DNA from: Octopus sinensis | Lineage: Eukaryota | Length of the DNA stretch: 64,000 nt | Assembly (NCBI RefSeq): GCF_006345805.1 | Contig: NC_042998.1 | Location: 55,242,001 to 55,306,000 of the forward strand | Reading direction: 5' to 3' | Part shown: piece after piece, positions 25,944 to 37,600 of the stretch | Numbering within the stretch: the first letter of the stretch is position 1 | Layout: each line of letters opens with the position of its first letter | The notes under the pieces: generated by a model | Seen by the model: only the letters and a program-made list of their open reading frames with translations | Told to the model about the DNA's origin: nothing | Databases searched by the model: none | Made by a program: the position numbers and the translations under genes

Positions 25944-27131
25944 GAGTGTAGGACAAAAAGCCCCCTAGGACAAAAGCCTGCTAGGACAAAAGCCCCACGA
26001 ACAAAAGCCCATCGGCGAAAAAGCCATCGGATAAAAAACCCCAGGTTATATTTTTCGGTTATTTTTTTTTAACCTTTTACTTGTTTCAGTCATTAGACTA
26101 TTGCCATGCTGGGGCAACGCCTTGAAGAATTTTTAGTTGAACGTATCGACGCCAGAAATTTTATTTTATATTTTTACTTGTTGCAGTTATTAGACTGCGG
26201 CCATGCTGGGGCATTACCTTGAAGAATTTTTAGTCGAATGTATCGATGCCAGAATCTTAAAAACATTTTTTATTTGTTGCTGCAGTTACTAGATTGCGGC
26301 TCTGCTGGAGCACCACCTTGAAATTCTTTTAGTCAAATGTATCGACGCCAGAATTTAATTTTTTTTTATTTGTTGCAGTTATTTTAAAGGCAGTTATCTT
26401 CAAGGCACCGCCTTGAAGAATTTTTAGTCATAAAAATTAGCATTTAAAAATTTGAATTTAAAGTCTTTTGTTTTCTTCTCTCAACACTTACAAATTAATG
26501 AGAATGAGCTGACCTTTTGAACTTTCTCCGGCCGTTCAAGGTCTAACAGAATTATGACACCGAAGTCTAGTCATTCAAACGTACTTCTTATCTTTTTTAT
26601 GTTTCTACACATTTCTTGAAATAATTGCTTTCTCTTTTGTTAGAATTCACACAATATGTACATCGAGTAGTAAAGAGTCTTGTGTTCTGTTATTCTATTC
26701 TACTTATTTGTTTTTGCGATTGAATATATTTTGTTTACTTAAAAATTGGAATTTTGGAAAATAAAAGTTTTTTTTTACACCCGCGAATTCCGTTTTTGTT
26801 TACGTGAAATTATTTTAAAAATTGTTTTTTAAGATTTGTCTGTTATATCTTGCATGTGGAGAGACCTTCTAGGTTTAACTTCATGTGCTGGTTGAAAATC
26901 ATTTAAATACATACTGGGGTTGATACATTCGACTAAAAATACCTCAAGGTGGCGCCCCAGCATGGTTACAGTCTAATGACTCTAACGAGTGAAAAGAAAA
27001 AAAAAACGAAAAATAATCGAAAAATAGAACCGTGGGGCTTTTGTCCACTTTCACACGTTAACTATGGGGCTTCTATCCGAGGATCTTTTGTCCGTGGGAC
27101 TTTTTTCCTAGGGGACTTTTGTCCAGATCCC
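25944..27131. mobile_element. Foldback-type non-autonomous element with long inverted arms: GGACAAAAGCCCC subterminal tandem repeats plus a SINE 3' tail
   Basis: Left arm 25944-26160 and right arm ~26915-27131 are inverted homologues, including the junction ccca(c)ggtt(a/c)tatttttcg(g/a)ttattttt. Superfamily (MuDR/Phantom-like?) is a guess. Confidence 0.7.
26075..26430 (-). repeat. ~3.5 tandem copies (~95 bp period) of a SINE 3' tail
   Basis: Units begin tttt(a)cttgtt(t/g)cagt(c/t)attagac at ~26075, 26171, 26268 and 26365. Confidence 0.85.
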
Positions 27132-27633
27132 AGGGTCACATCGAAAGTAATGGAAAAGTGGGCAAAGCATTTTCATTAAGTAACATACATAGATTGCTTG
27201 AATTGCACGAAACTCTTCCTCTGTACAAAGGCACTATTCAACATAGTCTATCTTCATAAGAGATGTATTTGTGCCAACGTTGATCTTAATTCTGGAATAC
27301 TCTTTAAAAAAATTTAAGGTGTACACTGTTATACGCCTTTACAGCTATTTTCACCATGCCAGTGCTATCAAATGGTTCTCCCGGATATTGTCCTTCAGGT
27401 AGAAAGCGGAAGATACAGTGGGTGGTGGTGGAGGCCTTGGCCAGACAAATTTGTCTATTACCTAGACTACATTCAAAAACTACCCCATTATTCTACTGAA
27501 TGGCAAAGATTCACTCACCAAAGCTCTTCAATCACTGCACCTGTATAATTAAACGCGGTACGATGGTTGTAGTTGGAGTGCCTTTGGTCACAGATCTCGA
27601 CCAGGACCGACATTAGGCTAAACAGCAACAGTA

Positions 27634-28123
27634 GTGGAGGTGCAATGGCCCAGCGGTTAGGGCAGCGGACTCGCGGTTGTAAGAACGTGGTTTCGATTCC
27701 AAGACCGGGCATTGTGTTTATTGAGCAAAAAAACCTATGCTCCACGACGCTCCGGCGGGCTGGGGTGGTGAACCCCGCTGTACTGTTTCACCTCAACTTC
27801 CTCTCACTCTTTCTTCCTACTTCTGCTACAGAGCAGAGGAACCATGGTGTAACCCACTATGGTGTGGTAAATTTTCAGACGCTACTCTAGATTGCGAATC
27901 CTCTGTACCCCAGGATGGTTCAGCTCTCCACTCGTTAAAAGCCACTATTTACGGAATGAGGATAACAACGTAGCTTTCGCGCCCGAGTCAACCGCCAGTC
28001 TATCGCGTGTGGTGGATAGATCTTCAAGTTGCCACACGCATTCTTAGTAGCTTAGAGTAAGCTCGAATTAGAGATTATTCTTTGTGGCCAATGGCGTGAG
28101 TCCTGATTGGAAGCAGAAAGAAG
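27634..28123 (+). mobile_element. SINE family C, full length (490 bp), 12-bp TSD ACAGCAACAGTA
   Basis: A box TGGCCCAGCGG, B box GTTTCGATTCC, GAAG-rich tail. TSD at 27622-27633 and 28124-28135. Second copy at 63408-63902. Confidence 0.9.
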
Positions 28124-28264
28124 ACAGCAACAGTAAGAACAATAATAATAGCTAACTACAACAGCAGCAGCAGCAATGACAACAACATCACCTACTACCT
28201 CAGAGAAAACGCTCTATTTTCTCGCAAAGGCTCTACTTTTGCTATTATATTGCCCTCTGCTCCT

Positions 28265-28635
28265 TTTATCTTTTATTTTTTACTTGTTTCAATCATTAGC
28301 CTATGGCCATGCTGGGGCATCACCTTGAAGAAGTTTTAGTCAAATGAATCGACCTTAGTACTTAGTTTTTAAAGCTTCAAATCTTTTGTCAAACCGCTAA
28401 ATTACGGGGATATAAGCACATCAATATTGGATGTCAAGCGGCAGTGGGTGACAAACACAGATACAAAAACTCACACAAAGGCACACAAACACACACACAA
28501 ATATGCGACGGGCTTCTTTACAGTTTCCATCAATTAAATCCACTCACAAGGCTTTAGTCCGCCCGAGGATATGGAAGATGACACTTGCCCGAGATGCCAT
28601 ACAGTTGGATTAAACTCGGAACCATCTGGACATTT
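28265..28635 (-). mobile_element. SINE family A-related, diverged
   Basis: Reverse complement of the 3' tail, central (CA) repeat and CORE (aatccactcacaaggc...gacacttgccc). Confidence 0.8.
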
Positions 28636-29586
28636 TCATTTTCTGTCCTTTTTTTTCTTTCTTAAATGAAGTAATTCCCAATAAAGCAGCAAGTAACCAG
28701 CGGATAAAAGCAGGCCTAAAGCAACGACTCAATTTTGGTGGGTGGGAAGAGAGAGGGGAACAAAGAAAGGAAGAAAGAAAGAGAAAGTTGCAAAAGAAAA
28801 GGAAAAATTCTCTAATGATAAGCTGCCCTGAAAGCTCAGAACAATCGACACATGATTTAAAAGAATTAAGATGTTATTTACCAAGGAATACAATAGAATA
28901 AAACAATTTGGCGCAGTTGTTCTGACGCAGACGAACCAATAGCTGACTGGACTTGCAACCTGTTTCGAGGACGACAACTTTTTGGCGCAAGAGACAAATA
29001 CATACATACCAAAGCCCACGCGAGAGCGCAGAAATATACACGTAGTGATAGAATGAGAAAGAGAGAGAGAAAGAGAAAGAGAGAGAAAAGGAGAGATAAA
29101 GAGAAAGAGTGAGAGTGGGAGTGACAGAGAAGGAAGGAGGGACAGAGGGACTGAGATAATACAACTCATTAACTGAACACAATTGACCTAAACAGTTTCC
29201 CGTTCATCATATGCATAAATAGAAATATACTCACACATACACAAACACATCCACACACAGAGTAAGAGAGGGAAAGAGAGAGAGGGGATAAGAGAGGAGA
29301 GCGAGAAAGCGAAACATTGTCTGACGTCAAATAAGTCAACGTCGGTTCAGCGACGTCAAATGGGCATTACCAAAACGATTGTACTAAAGCGTTTTATACC
29401 AGTCAGAGAAACAACAACAGATATAAGACAGATGCCTACCAAATATCCTTTCCACTCGATTCCAATTGATAGACATGTATATTCTTCTTTCTCCCAAATC
29501 CCTCACAAAGACATTTTCACTCTATTGTATCCTTCCAAGACGATGACTGTCCGGAATTCATTACCTGCCCACGTTTCCCTATACAT

Positions 29587-29940
29587 CAGTGGTTCCTAAC
29601 CGGGATCCATGTATCCCCTGAGGGTCTATATAACAATTTTCGGGGTTTACACAACAAAATAGTAAATTGGGGACCCACAATATTTTAAGGGCCGTGAAAA
29701 GTTTTTTTTTTTTTACTTTCGGTGTAATGTATTGGTATCTCTAGCAAGAAACAGCTAGGTTTCTTTCTCTAACATTTTACATAGTTTAACCTACACAAGT
29801 GAATGTGTTAAAAACAAAATAGAAATTTGGAAGAAGTTTCTATAAGACTTGGTTTTAAGCATTGAATGGCTATGGCGGTCCACCAGAATAAAATATTAAT
29901 TAAAGGGGTCTATAGATAAAAAATGGTTGAGAAGCCCTTG
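29587..29940 (+). mobile_element. hAT-type MITE (354 bp)
   Basis: Termini CAGTGGTTCCTAACC and reverse-complement CAAGGGCTTCTCAACC. Flanking 8-mers ctatacat/ttatacat (7/8) fit an 8-bp hAT TSD. Confidence 0.8.
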
Positions 29941-32900
29941 TTATACATGTCATCCCACATACGTCCAAGATGCTATACTTTGATCTTAGCCAAAAGGCTG
30001 AGAAGCGTTACACACGCTTAAGATAAACACATGCATTTCACAAATCGGATTGGTGATGGTGGTGGTGGTGGTGGTGGTGGTGGAGGAGGAGGAGGAGGAA
30101 GAGGGCTACAAAGTTCACGGGCACTATCCTCTCTTCAACCCCTCCGACTATCTTAAAGTAAAATACATCCATTTCTCTTTCTCCCTTTCTTTCATACTTC
30201 CTTTCTTTCTTTCTCCCTCTCTTTCTTCCTTTCTTTCATTCTTTCTTCCCTCTGACCGGCTTCCCCCCACCCCCCAAAACGGGGATGGTGGTGGGCACAG
30301 AATTGGCAATGAATGAGGCCATTGTTTATAAAATGGTTTTTAATTCTAATTGTTTCAACATTGAAACCATTTCACTTTAGATCCAAATATCTTACGTAGT
30401 TCGGCTCACTTAGTTCCATTTCAGGCTAGAGTTCAGACGATTGTCGTCACATATGGCCTGCTGTGTGGTATGTAGCTTTTTAGTCCTTGCTGTTTAGTAT
30501 AGTGCACATACGATATTGTGTCGCCAGTCACCGAGACCGTGGTGACGACATATGATGACTGCTGGTGGTGGTAGTGGTTTTGGTGGTGGTGATGATGACG
30601 ACGACGACCACGACGACCACGATGATGATGATAATGATTATAGTGGTAGGTTAATGGAGGTTGGTTGTTTTTTGCGCAGTGATAGTTTTTTTTTAGCTAG
30701 AAGTAGACTTGAGTAAACGGTGGTGGTGGCGGTGGTAGCGGTGAGGGAAAGTCAACGATGACGACTGCGCAGCTGCTGCTACTACTGGTGATGGTAGTGG
30801 TAGAAATTATGATGATGATGGTTGTGGTGGTGCTGGTGCTGGTGGTAGCGATCATGACGATGATGACGACGAACGAAGAATGCAAAAGATAAAAATACAA
30901 ATAAGATAAAATACAAGGTGAGGACGCTTGTTCGTAAATCTATTCTCTATACTTCTAAGAGTAAGAGCGTGTGAGAAAGAGAAAGAAGAACATAATGAGT
31001 AGGAGAGAAAGAAAGAGAACGGGAATAAAAATAAAGCGTGTATATGCATGTATGTGTGTATGGGTTTGCCAATCTGCAGATACTGATGCGTGTGTGTGAA
31101 TGCATACAAATGTATGTGCTCGTGTGTGTGAGAGAGAAAGTGTCAATGTGAATGCATGCGTGTTTTTGTATGCGTTTGTGTGTGTATGCAAGTGTATATG
31201 TTTGTCCTCTTGATTTAAATGTGAATATTTGCACCAAAGGATAAGTAAAGGCTTACTTCGACTGATAAGCAAAATCGATAACTGCAGCGGTTTAGCTTCT
31301 GGGTAACCCTAATCTAGCGGAGTTACAATAAAAAACGTTCCAAAAGTGACCATCTCTTCTTTTTTGTACATCAAGAACTACATTGTCCAATGTTCCCTTC
31401 TATGTTAAATTAGCAAGATATGATTTGAGGGAGATGATTCTGCTGCCATTTCTTGCAGGTTGAGCAACCACATAAAGGGTCCTATCCTGGCTCCTAGCAA
31501 TATGGATTTCTTTCATAGGCTTTAGGTCACATACATACATACATATATACACAGGCACAAGCACTCACGCCCCCCACACACATACACATGTGTACGCACG
31601 CATGCACACAAACATATATAAGGAATGGGCGCAGAACAAGCGAAAATTTACTCTTCTTCAGCTATCACACTAAAGATTCTGACAGTTTCGACGCCTTGAG
31701 ATAGAACTGCTACTTAGTGGGGTCAACAGGTATTGGAAACAATTGTTATATTTCAGTGCAACTGATATAGTGGAAACGTGACATCTATATCATTAGAGTA
31801 ACGTGTTTAAATGTTTCACTATCTATATTTTATTCTGACTATCCTGCCAATTGATTGCCAAAAGGTTGTTTTAAAAAAAGCACAGCATTTAATCAAGTGC
31901 TCTGCAGATTTTGCTAAAATATCTACATTTTTACCAGGGCTTTCTAACATATATACAATTCATACTTGTTTCATAGGATGAAAATAGTCGATTAATTCGC
32001 CATTCACTGAATATGATTGGAACTTTTTAATCGATAAGAGATAAACGAGACAACGAGTTAGCTTCAATATCAGCAGTCGACCTGCTTGATATAACAACCA
32101 AACTTCCTTCTAATATCATCCTAATGTCTGAAAAATCGGAAGAATCAACCGCACATCGTACAATGTTGTTCCATATATACAAAATCAGTATAGCTATATA
32201 AGGAACGCTTTTGATCATAGGTCGGCTGCTTGATTAGTGCTGACCTGGATTAAACTTTATAAACAACAAAGGCGATTTGCGCAGTGCCTTTTCCCATTCT
32301 CTCTCTTCCCCCCCTCGCTCTCTCTTTCTCGCTGTCTATATTCAACCAGTCCATGCCTTTGTAAACACATGGTAATATCTATGGGATAGCTCGATCTGCT
32401 AAAAATAAGAGTCAAATCTCACTTAAATCTTACCCTGATGTCTTAGGAACGGAAACATCGTTAGTCTTAATCATGCCCGTCGCTAAGGTGGTGCACTGGA
32501 TGGCATTGCCCGGCACTGCCCTCTCATTATTCAATGATGCACCTCATATTTACTCCATTTTAGTGACTACCTACTTTAGCAACACAACAAATTGGTGCCT
32601 ACCCTGAATATTTGCAGCACCCCTAGGCACCAAAGTCTGACGAGGAACACGGCCTTATTAGAGCAGATTTATGCTCAAAGGTGTTCCAGTAGTGACAATC
32701 CCAACTTTTGTAAGAGTATGTGTATCAAGATGTATGGCTCCATGTGCCCTTCTTAATTTTAAGATGACAGAGTGCAAATGTAGGAAAATGCTGTCCCTAT
32801 TCTTATCATCAAGTCGAGTAAAACACACAGGGGTTCCTTCGTTGGCTCGAGGCAAGAAGGGTTTCTTACATCAACTCAAGGTCATTTATCATTTGGTCCT

Positions 32901-33178
32901 GCTTTCCCTGAGTAGACAGGAGGATCACGGAGAGAATACCAATGATCAAAACTGTGTTCAATCAAGTATGAACTAAAAGTAAGTAACATCAATAACAAAA
33001 CTATAGTGTTATTGAAAGTCTGCGAGTATTAATGTCTATTACGTGAAAGAGAGTCACTCAGTCAATCTACACACACGCGCGCGCATACACACACATATAC
33101 ATACGTATATATATATATGTATGAAGTAATATATGTGCATACATAAAAATAAATAAGATATACATATCTATATATATA

Positions 33179-33253
<75 letters not shown>

Positions 33254-33258
33254 TCAGT

Positions 33259-33290
<32 letters not shown>

Positions 33291-34116
33291 CTGTACATAT
33301 ATATATGTAAATATATATATATATGTACATATATAAATATGAACATGTATATATATATATATACATGTCTATATATATATATATAATATATATATAGAGA
33401 GAGAGAGAGATAGATAGATAGATATAGATATAGATATATATGTATGTATGTAGAACGTTGAATATGAAACCATATGGTCGGAACATAGAGCAGACTAGAA
33501 AGGAGGAGGAGGGGTATCAGGAATGGAGAAGAAAAGAGGGAGACAGGGAGAGGGAGAGGAGAGAGATATCGAGAAAGAGGGAGGGAGAAAAAATGAAGTG
33601 TTAGTGTGAGCGTGTGGTGTCTGTGGCGGTGAAAGTAGGGGGAGGCGGAGTGTGGTTGGGAGGTGCAGGAAATTGAGCGTAACGCATCATAGCGAGGTGT
33701 TTTGCTCTGTGGGGACCAGAGCAGGGGCTAGCAGGCAGGCTATTCGACGATGTAAATGAGAAATGAGGAAAAAAGACTTCGAAATAGTTTTCTCCGTAGG
33801 AGGTGGGTATACAGTGATAAACCCACCCACCTTTTTACCTCTGTTATTCTTTTCATACTCTCCAGTTTTGGTTTCTACTCCATTTTTCTCTCCCCCCCCC
33901 TGTCTATTTTGTATTGCTCTCTCCCACCTCACTCTGTAACTCTCTCTGTATGAATATGTATGTATGTATTTATATATATATATGAACGCGCGCACTCACG
34001 CACACAAACTTACACATATATTTGTATATATATTATATATATATATATATATATCTATATATGTACATATATATGTGTACATATATATATATATATATTA
34101 TATATATATATTATAT

Positions 34117-34159
<43 letters not shown>

Positions 34160-34242
34160 TATATACACATATACATATATACATATATATATACATATAC
34201 ATATATATATATATACACACACACTCACACACATATATACAT

Positions 34243-34282
<40 letters not shown>

Positions 34283-34373
34283 ACAAATATATGTGCGCAA
34301 GTGTGTGCATGTGTAAGCGTATGTGTATGACTCGTTCTCTAGCCTATACTTTATCTCTTCCTCTCTCCGCCAT

Positions 34374-34409
<36 letters not shown>

Positions 34410-34709
34410 CGCTCGCTCTTGCTCTCTTACACACAAATAAACATACAGACATGAGACTAACAGACATACAAATAAAAGGCGTACATGCAGATGCGTTTTC
34501 ATAATACGTATTTTCATTGAATGTATATATGTATACACACACACAAGCATACGAACATATATACAATACATGCATATGTATGTATGTATGCATGTATGTA
34601 TGTATATGTTTGTGTATTTATGTATGTATTCACACCTACACACACAAGCACACAAGCATGTACGGAGACACGTACACGCACACACACGCATATCTATTTC
34701 TTTCTGTCT

Positions 34710-35048
<339 letters not shown>

Positions 35049-35371
35049 TAAGCACGCGTGTATGAAACGAAAATGTGCTTAGACAAATAAACAGAACAGC
35101 CAGTGGCATGCATATGGAGAACGGAAACAAACAAAGGTATATGAGATACAATAATAGATAAATTCGTGCTTTATTCAAATTATCTTCTTTCTTAGAAGAG
35201 GTAGAATAATCGCTAGGTAACAACTGGGACCAGCTCTTGCATTTTACCATTAAGGAAAATACAATTTGATTATTTGGTGACAAGAGTACAATAGAGGAAA
35301 CCTATTTCTACGTCAATAAGCGTCCTCTGCACCATTGTTATCACACTCTAATATATATATATATATATATC

Positions 35372-35420
<49 letters not shown>

Positions 35421-35461
35421 CAAATAATGAAAGAATGGAGTTGATCGACGATTTAACAAAA

Positions 35462-35560
35462 TTCCTTTATTCTCGACATATGTTTCGAAGGCTGCATATT
35501 CCTAATTTCGAAGGAATAGAGGGTGCATTATGCTGCCTTCTCATCAGGAGAGACAAGGAA
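35462..35560 (-). ncRNA. Type I hammerhead ribozyme with canonical core
   Basis: Minus strand reads TTCCTT GTC TCTC CTGATGA GAAGGC A GCATA [30 nt] TATGC A GCCTTC GAA AC ATAT GT C GAGA ATA AAGGAA. Helices I, II and III all pair; GUC cleavage site at C 35475. Confidence 0.8.
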
Positions 35561-35650
35561 CTTATGTCAGCATCAAGAACAAAAACTCTTAGATGGCTAC
35601 CCAGGTATCAGTTAACCGAATTATCCATACTAGGATAATTCATTCAACTA

Positions 35651-35714
<64 letters not shown>

Positions 35715-35974
35715 TAATACAATTACAAGATCGTTGCCAACCCAAATTTCAAAGACATCAAGCTAGTTAAGTATTCATCCCTAGATACCGGTTGATAAGT
35801 TACTGCCTACCCATCTCATCAAAGATATTCGGTTTGTGCACACAAAAAAAATGGTCCTTAGTTTCGTTCGTGCTCTGAATATTCTGGGAGGCAATCACAA
35901 TAATGACACCCTGAAAATGAGCAGATTCAAAGATAAAAATGTTAATGTTACATATATATATATATATATATATA

Positions 35975-36262
35975 ACAGACGGAAACTGAAAGAAGCCCGT
36001 CGTATATATATATATATGTGCGTGTGTGTGTATTATGTTTCTGTGTCTGTGTTTGTCCCCCCAACATCGCTTGACAACTGATGCTGGTGTGTTTACGTCC
36101 CCGTAACTTAGTGGTTCGGCAAAACAGACCGATAGAATAAGTACTAAGCTTACAAAGAATAAGTCCTGGGCTCGATTTTCTCAACTAAAGGTGGTGCTCC
36201 AGCATGGTCGCAGTCAAATGACTGAAACAAGTAAAAGAGTAAAAGAGTAAAAGAGTAAAAGA
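35975..36262 (+). mobile_element. SINE family A, 5'-truncated, with (GTAAAAGA)n tail
   Basis: Begins at gacggaaactgaaagaagcccgtcg; full 3' domain present. Confidence 0.9.
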
Positions 36263-36271
36263 GTATATATG

Positions 36272-36304
<33 letters not shown>

Positions 36305-36332
36305 ATATATATATATATTATATATATATATA

Positions 36333-36524
36333 CAGAGCGAGAGAGAGAGAAAGGAGGCAGTCAGACTTTTGGACAATCCTTCATTAGCACTTTCGTTCGT
36401 TTACGAACTCGTCAAATCAAAATCTAAATGATTTTGTCTTGACGAGTTCGTAAACGAACGAAAGTGCTAATAAAGGTTTGTCCAAAATTCTGACTGCCTC
36501 CTTTTTCTCAATACACAATATCTG
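36333..36524. mobile_element. Near-perfect palindromic MITE-like element / long hairpin (80-bp arms 36345-36424 and 36430-36509)
   Basis: 74 of 80 positions complementary, 33-bp perfect core, 5-nt loop. Outer ends TA|CAGA ... TCTG|TA suggest a Tc1/mariner-type TA duplication. Confidence 0.7.
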
Positions 36525-36572
36525 TACATCACTTCAAACACTCTTCACACACACATGCACGCCCACACACAC

Positions 36573-36642
<70 letters not shown>

Positions 36643-36972
36643 CAGTGTGCGAAGACTTCAACAAATATTGTAGGATACGATCAGCTAAAAAAGTAAAGAT
36701 ATAATAAAAACAGCAAGTCTTTTGAAAGAGAGCTACTCAGGATTTCCTGGTCAAAATACCAATCTATTTTGTCATTTTCCAAGCTGATAAAAACAAGACG
36801 GTTTGGTAACTGCGTTTGAAGCAGTCGACGTTTGAATGAGAAGGCTCATATAAAATTTTTTAAAAACCCAGAAAAATTCAGAGGAGATAACCAACGTTAC
36901 AACAAACATAATGCATATCAAAATTACATAAACGAGACTGGAATGGTTTATGACTTGTCCCATGGTCTATCT

Positions 36973-37600
36973 CTAATTTCCGCCAAGATGTATTTTTTTA
37001 TGATGCGGACATAAAAAAAGAATTTCGCACCTGGGATTTACACCATCATTGAAGGTTCTAAAGTTTTGTTAAAAAGTATTGTCTTTCTAAGGAACATATC
37101 GAACATCGTTTTGACCCGTCAACAGTTTGGTCTTTGAAAGGATTTTCCATTTAATGCTGTAATTGATGCCTTCGTCTTTAAGCGACTCGATTAATGCAGA
37201 AAGGGTTGTTGCATATCTCTTCTCGTGATACCTAAAGGTCTATAGATGACTGTTGTATCTGGATTTAAATCTTTCTCCCACTGATCTAGTATAATGCTTG
37301 GTCTCTGTTCGGCCGTTATCATAGTTTGCCGACAACCATCCTTCATAAACAACGGAGAATATATCGTATGACAGATCGAGATGGTATTTAGATTTATCTC
37401 TGCATCTGCATTCCGGACAGGATTGAGTCATCGGGTGTTTATTGTTATAGGTCTTTACATTAGCAGGACAAGAAAAGTGATTTTAATAGTGTGCCTATTA
37501 AATATCTTTCCGTCTCTGTGGTTGCTAGGAAAGTGAATATCTAATAAGTGTAAGAATGTTCTACCTATATTTGTCCTAACATTTAGGAAGAAGGGCGAGC
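36973..37600 (-). mobile_element. Penelope-like element 3' ORF fragment (linker + GIY-YIG endonuclease), pseudogenised
   Basis: Translation gives, in order: PFFLNVRTNIGRTFLHLLDIHFPSNH...KIFNRHTIKI; CPECRCRDK; VVY; KHYTRSVGERFKSRYNSHL*TFR; TTLSALIESLKDEGINYSIKWKIL; GSKRCSICSLE. This matches the recalled PLE pattern NVKTNIG..FL.L.D.HFP / CNCR / YIG....FK.RY..H / T.LS..IW.LK / C.LCL.E. Confidence 0.85.

Noticed and set aside
25950-26430. Short repeats that might mimic a CRISPR array
   Set aside because: Units are contiguous or SINE-derived with no unique spacers of constant length, and the context is eukaryotic.
27634-27715. tRNA-like sequences with A and B boxes (also the heads of families A, B and D)
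   Set aside because: They continue into SINE bodies and lack a complete acceptor stem and cloverleaf, so they are not tRNA genes.
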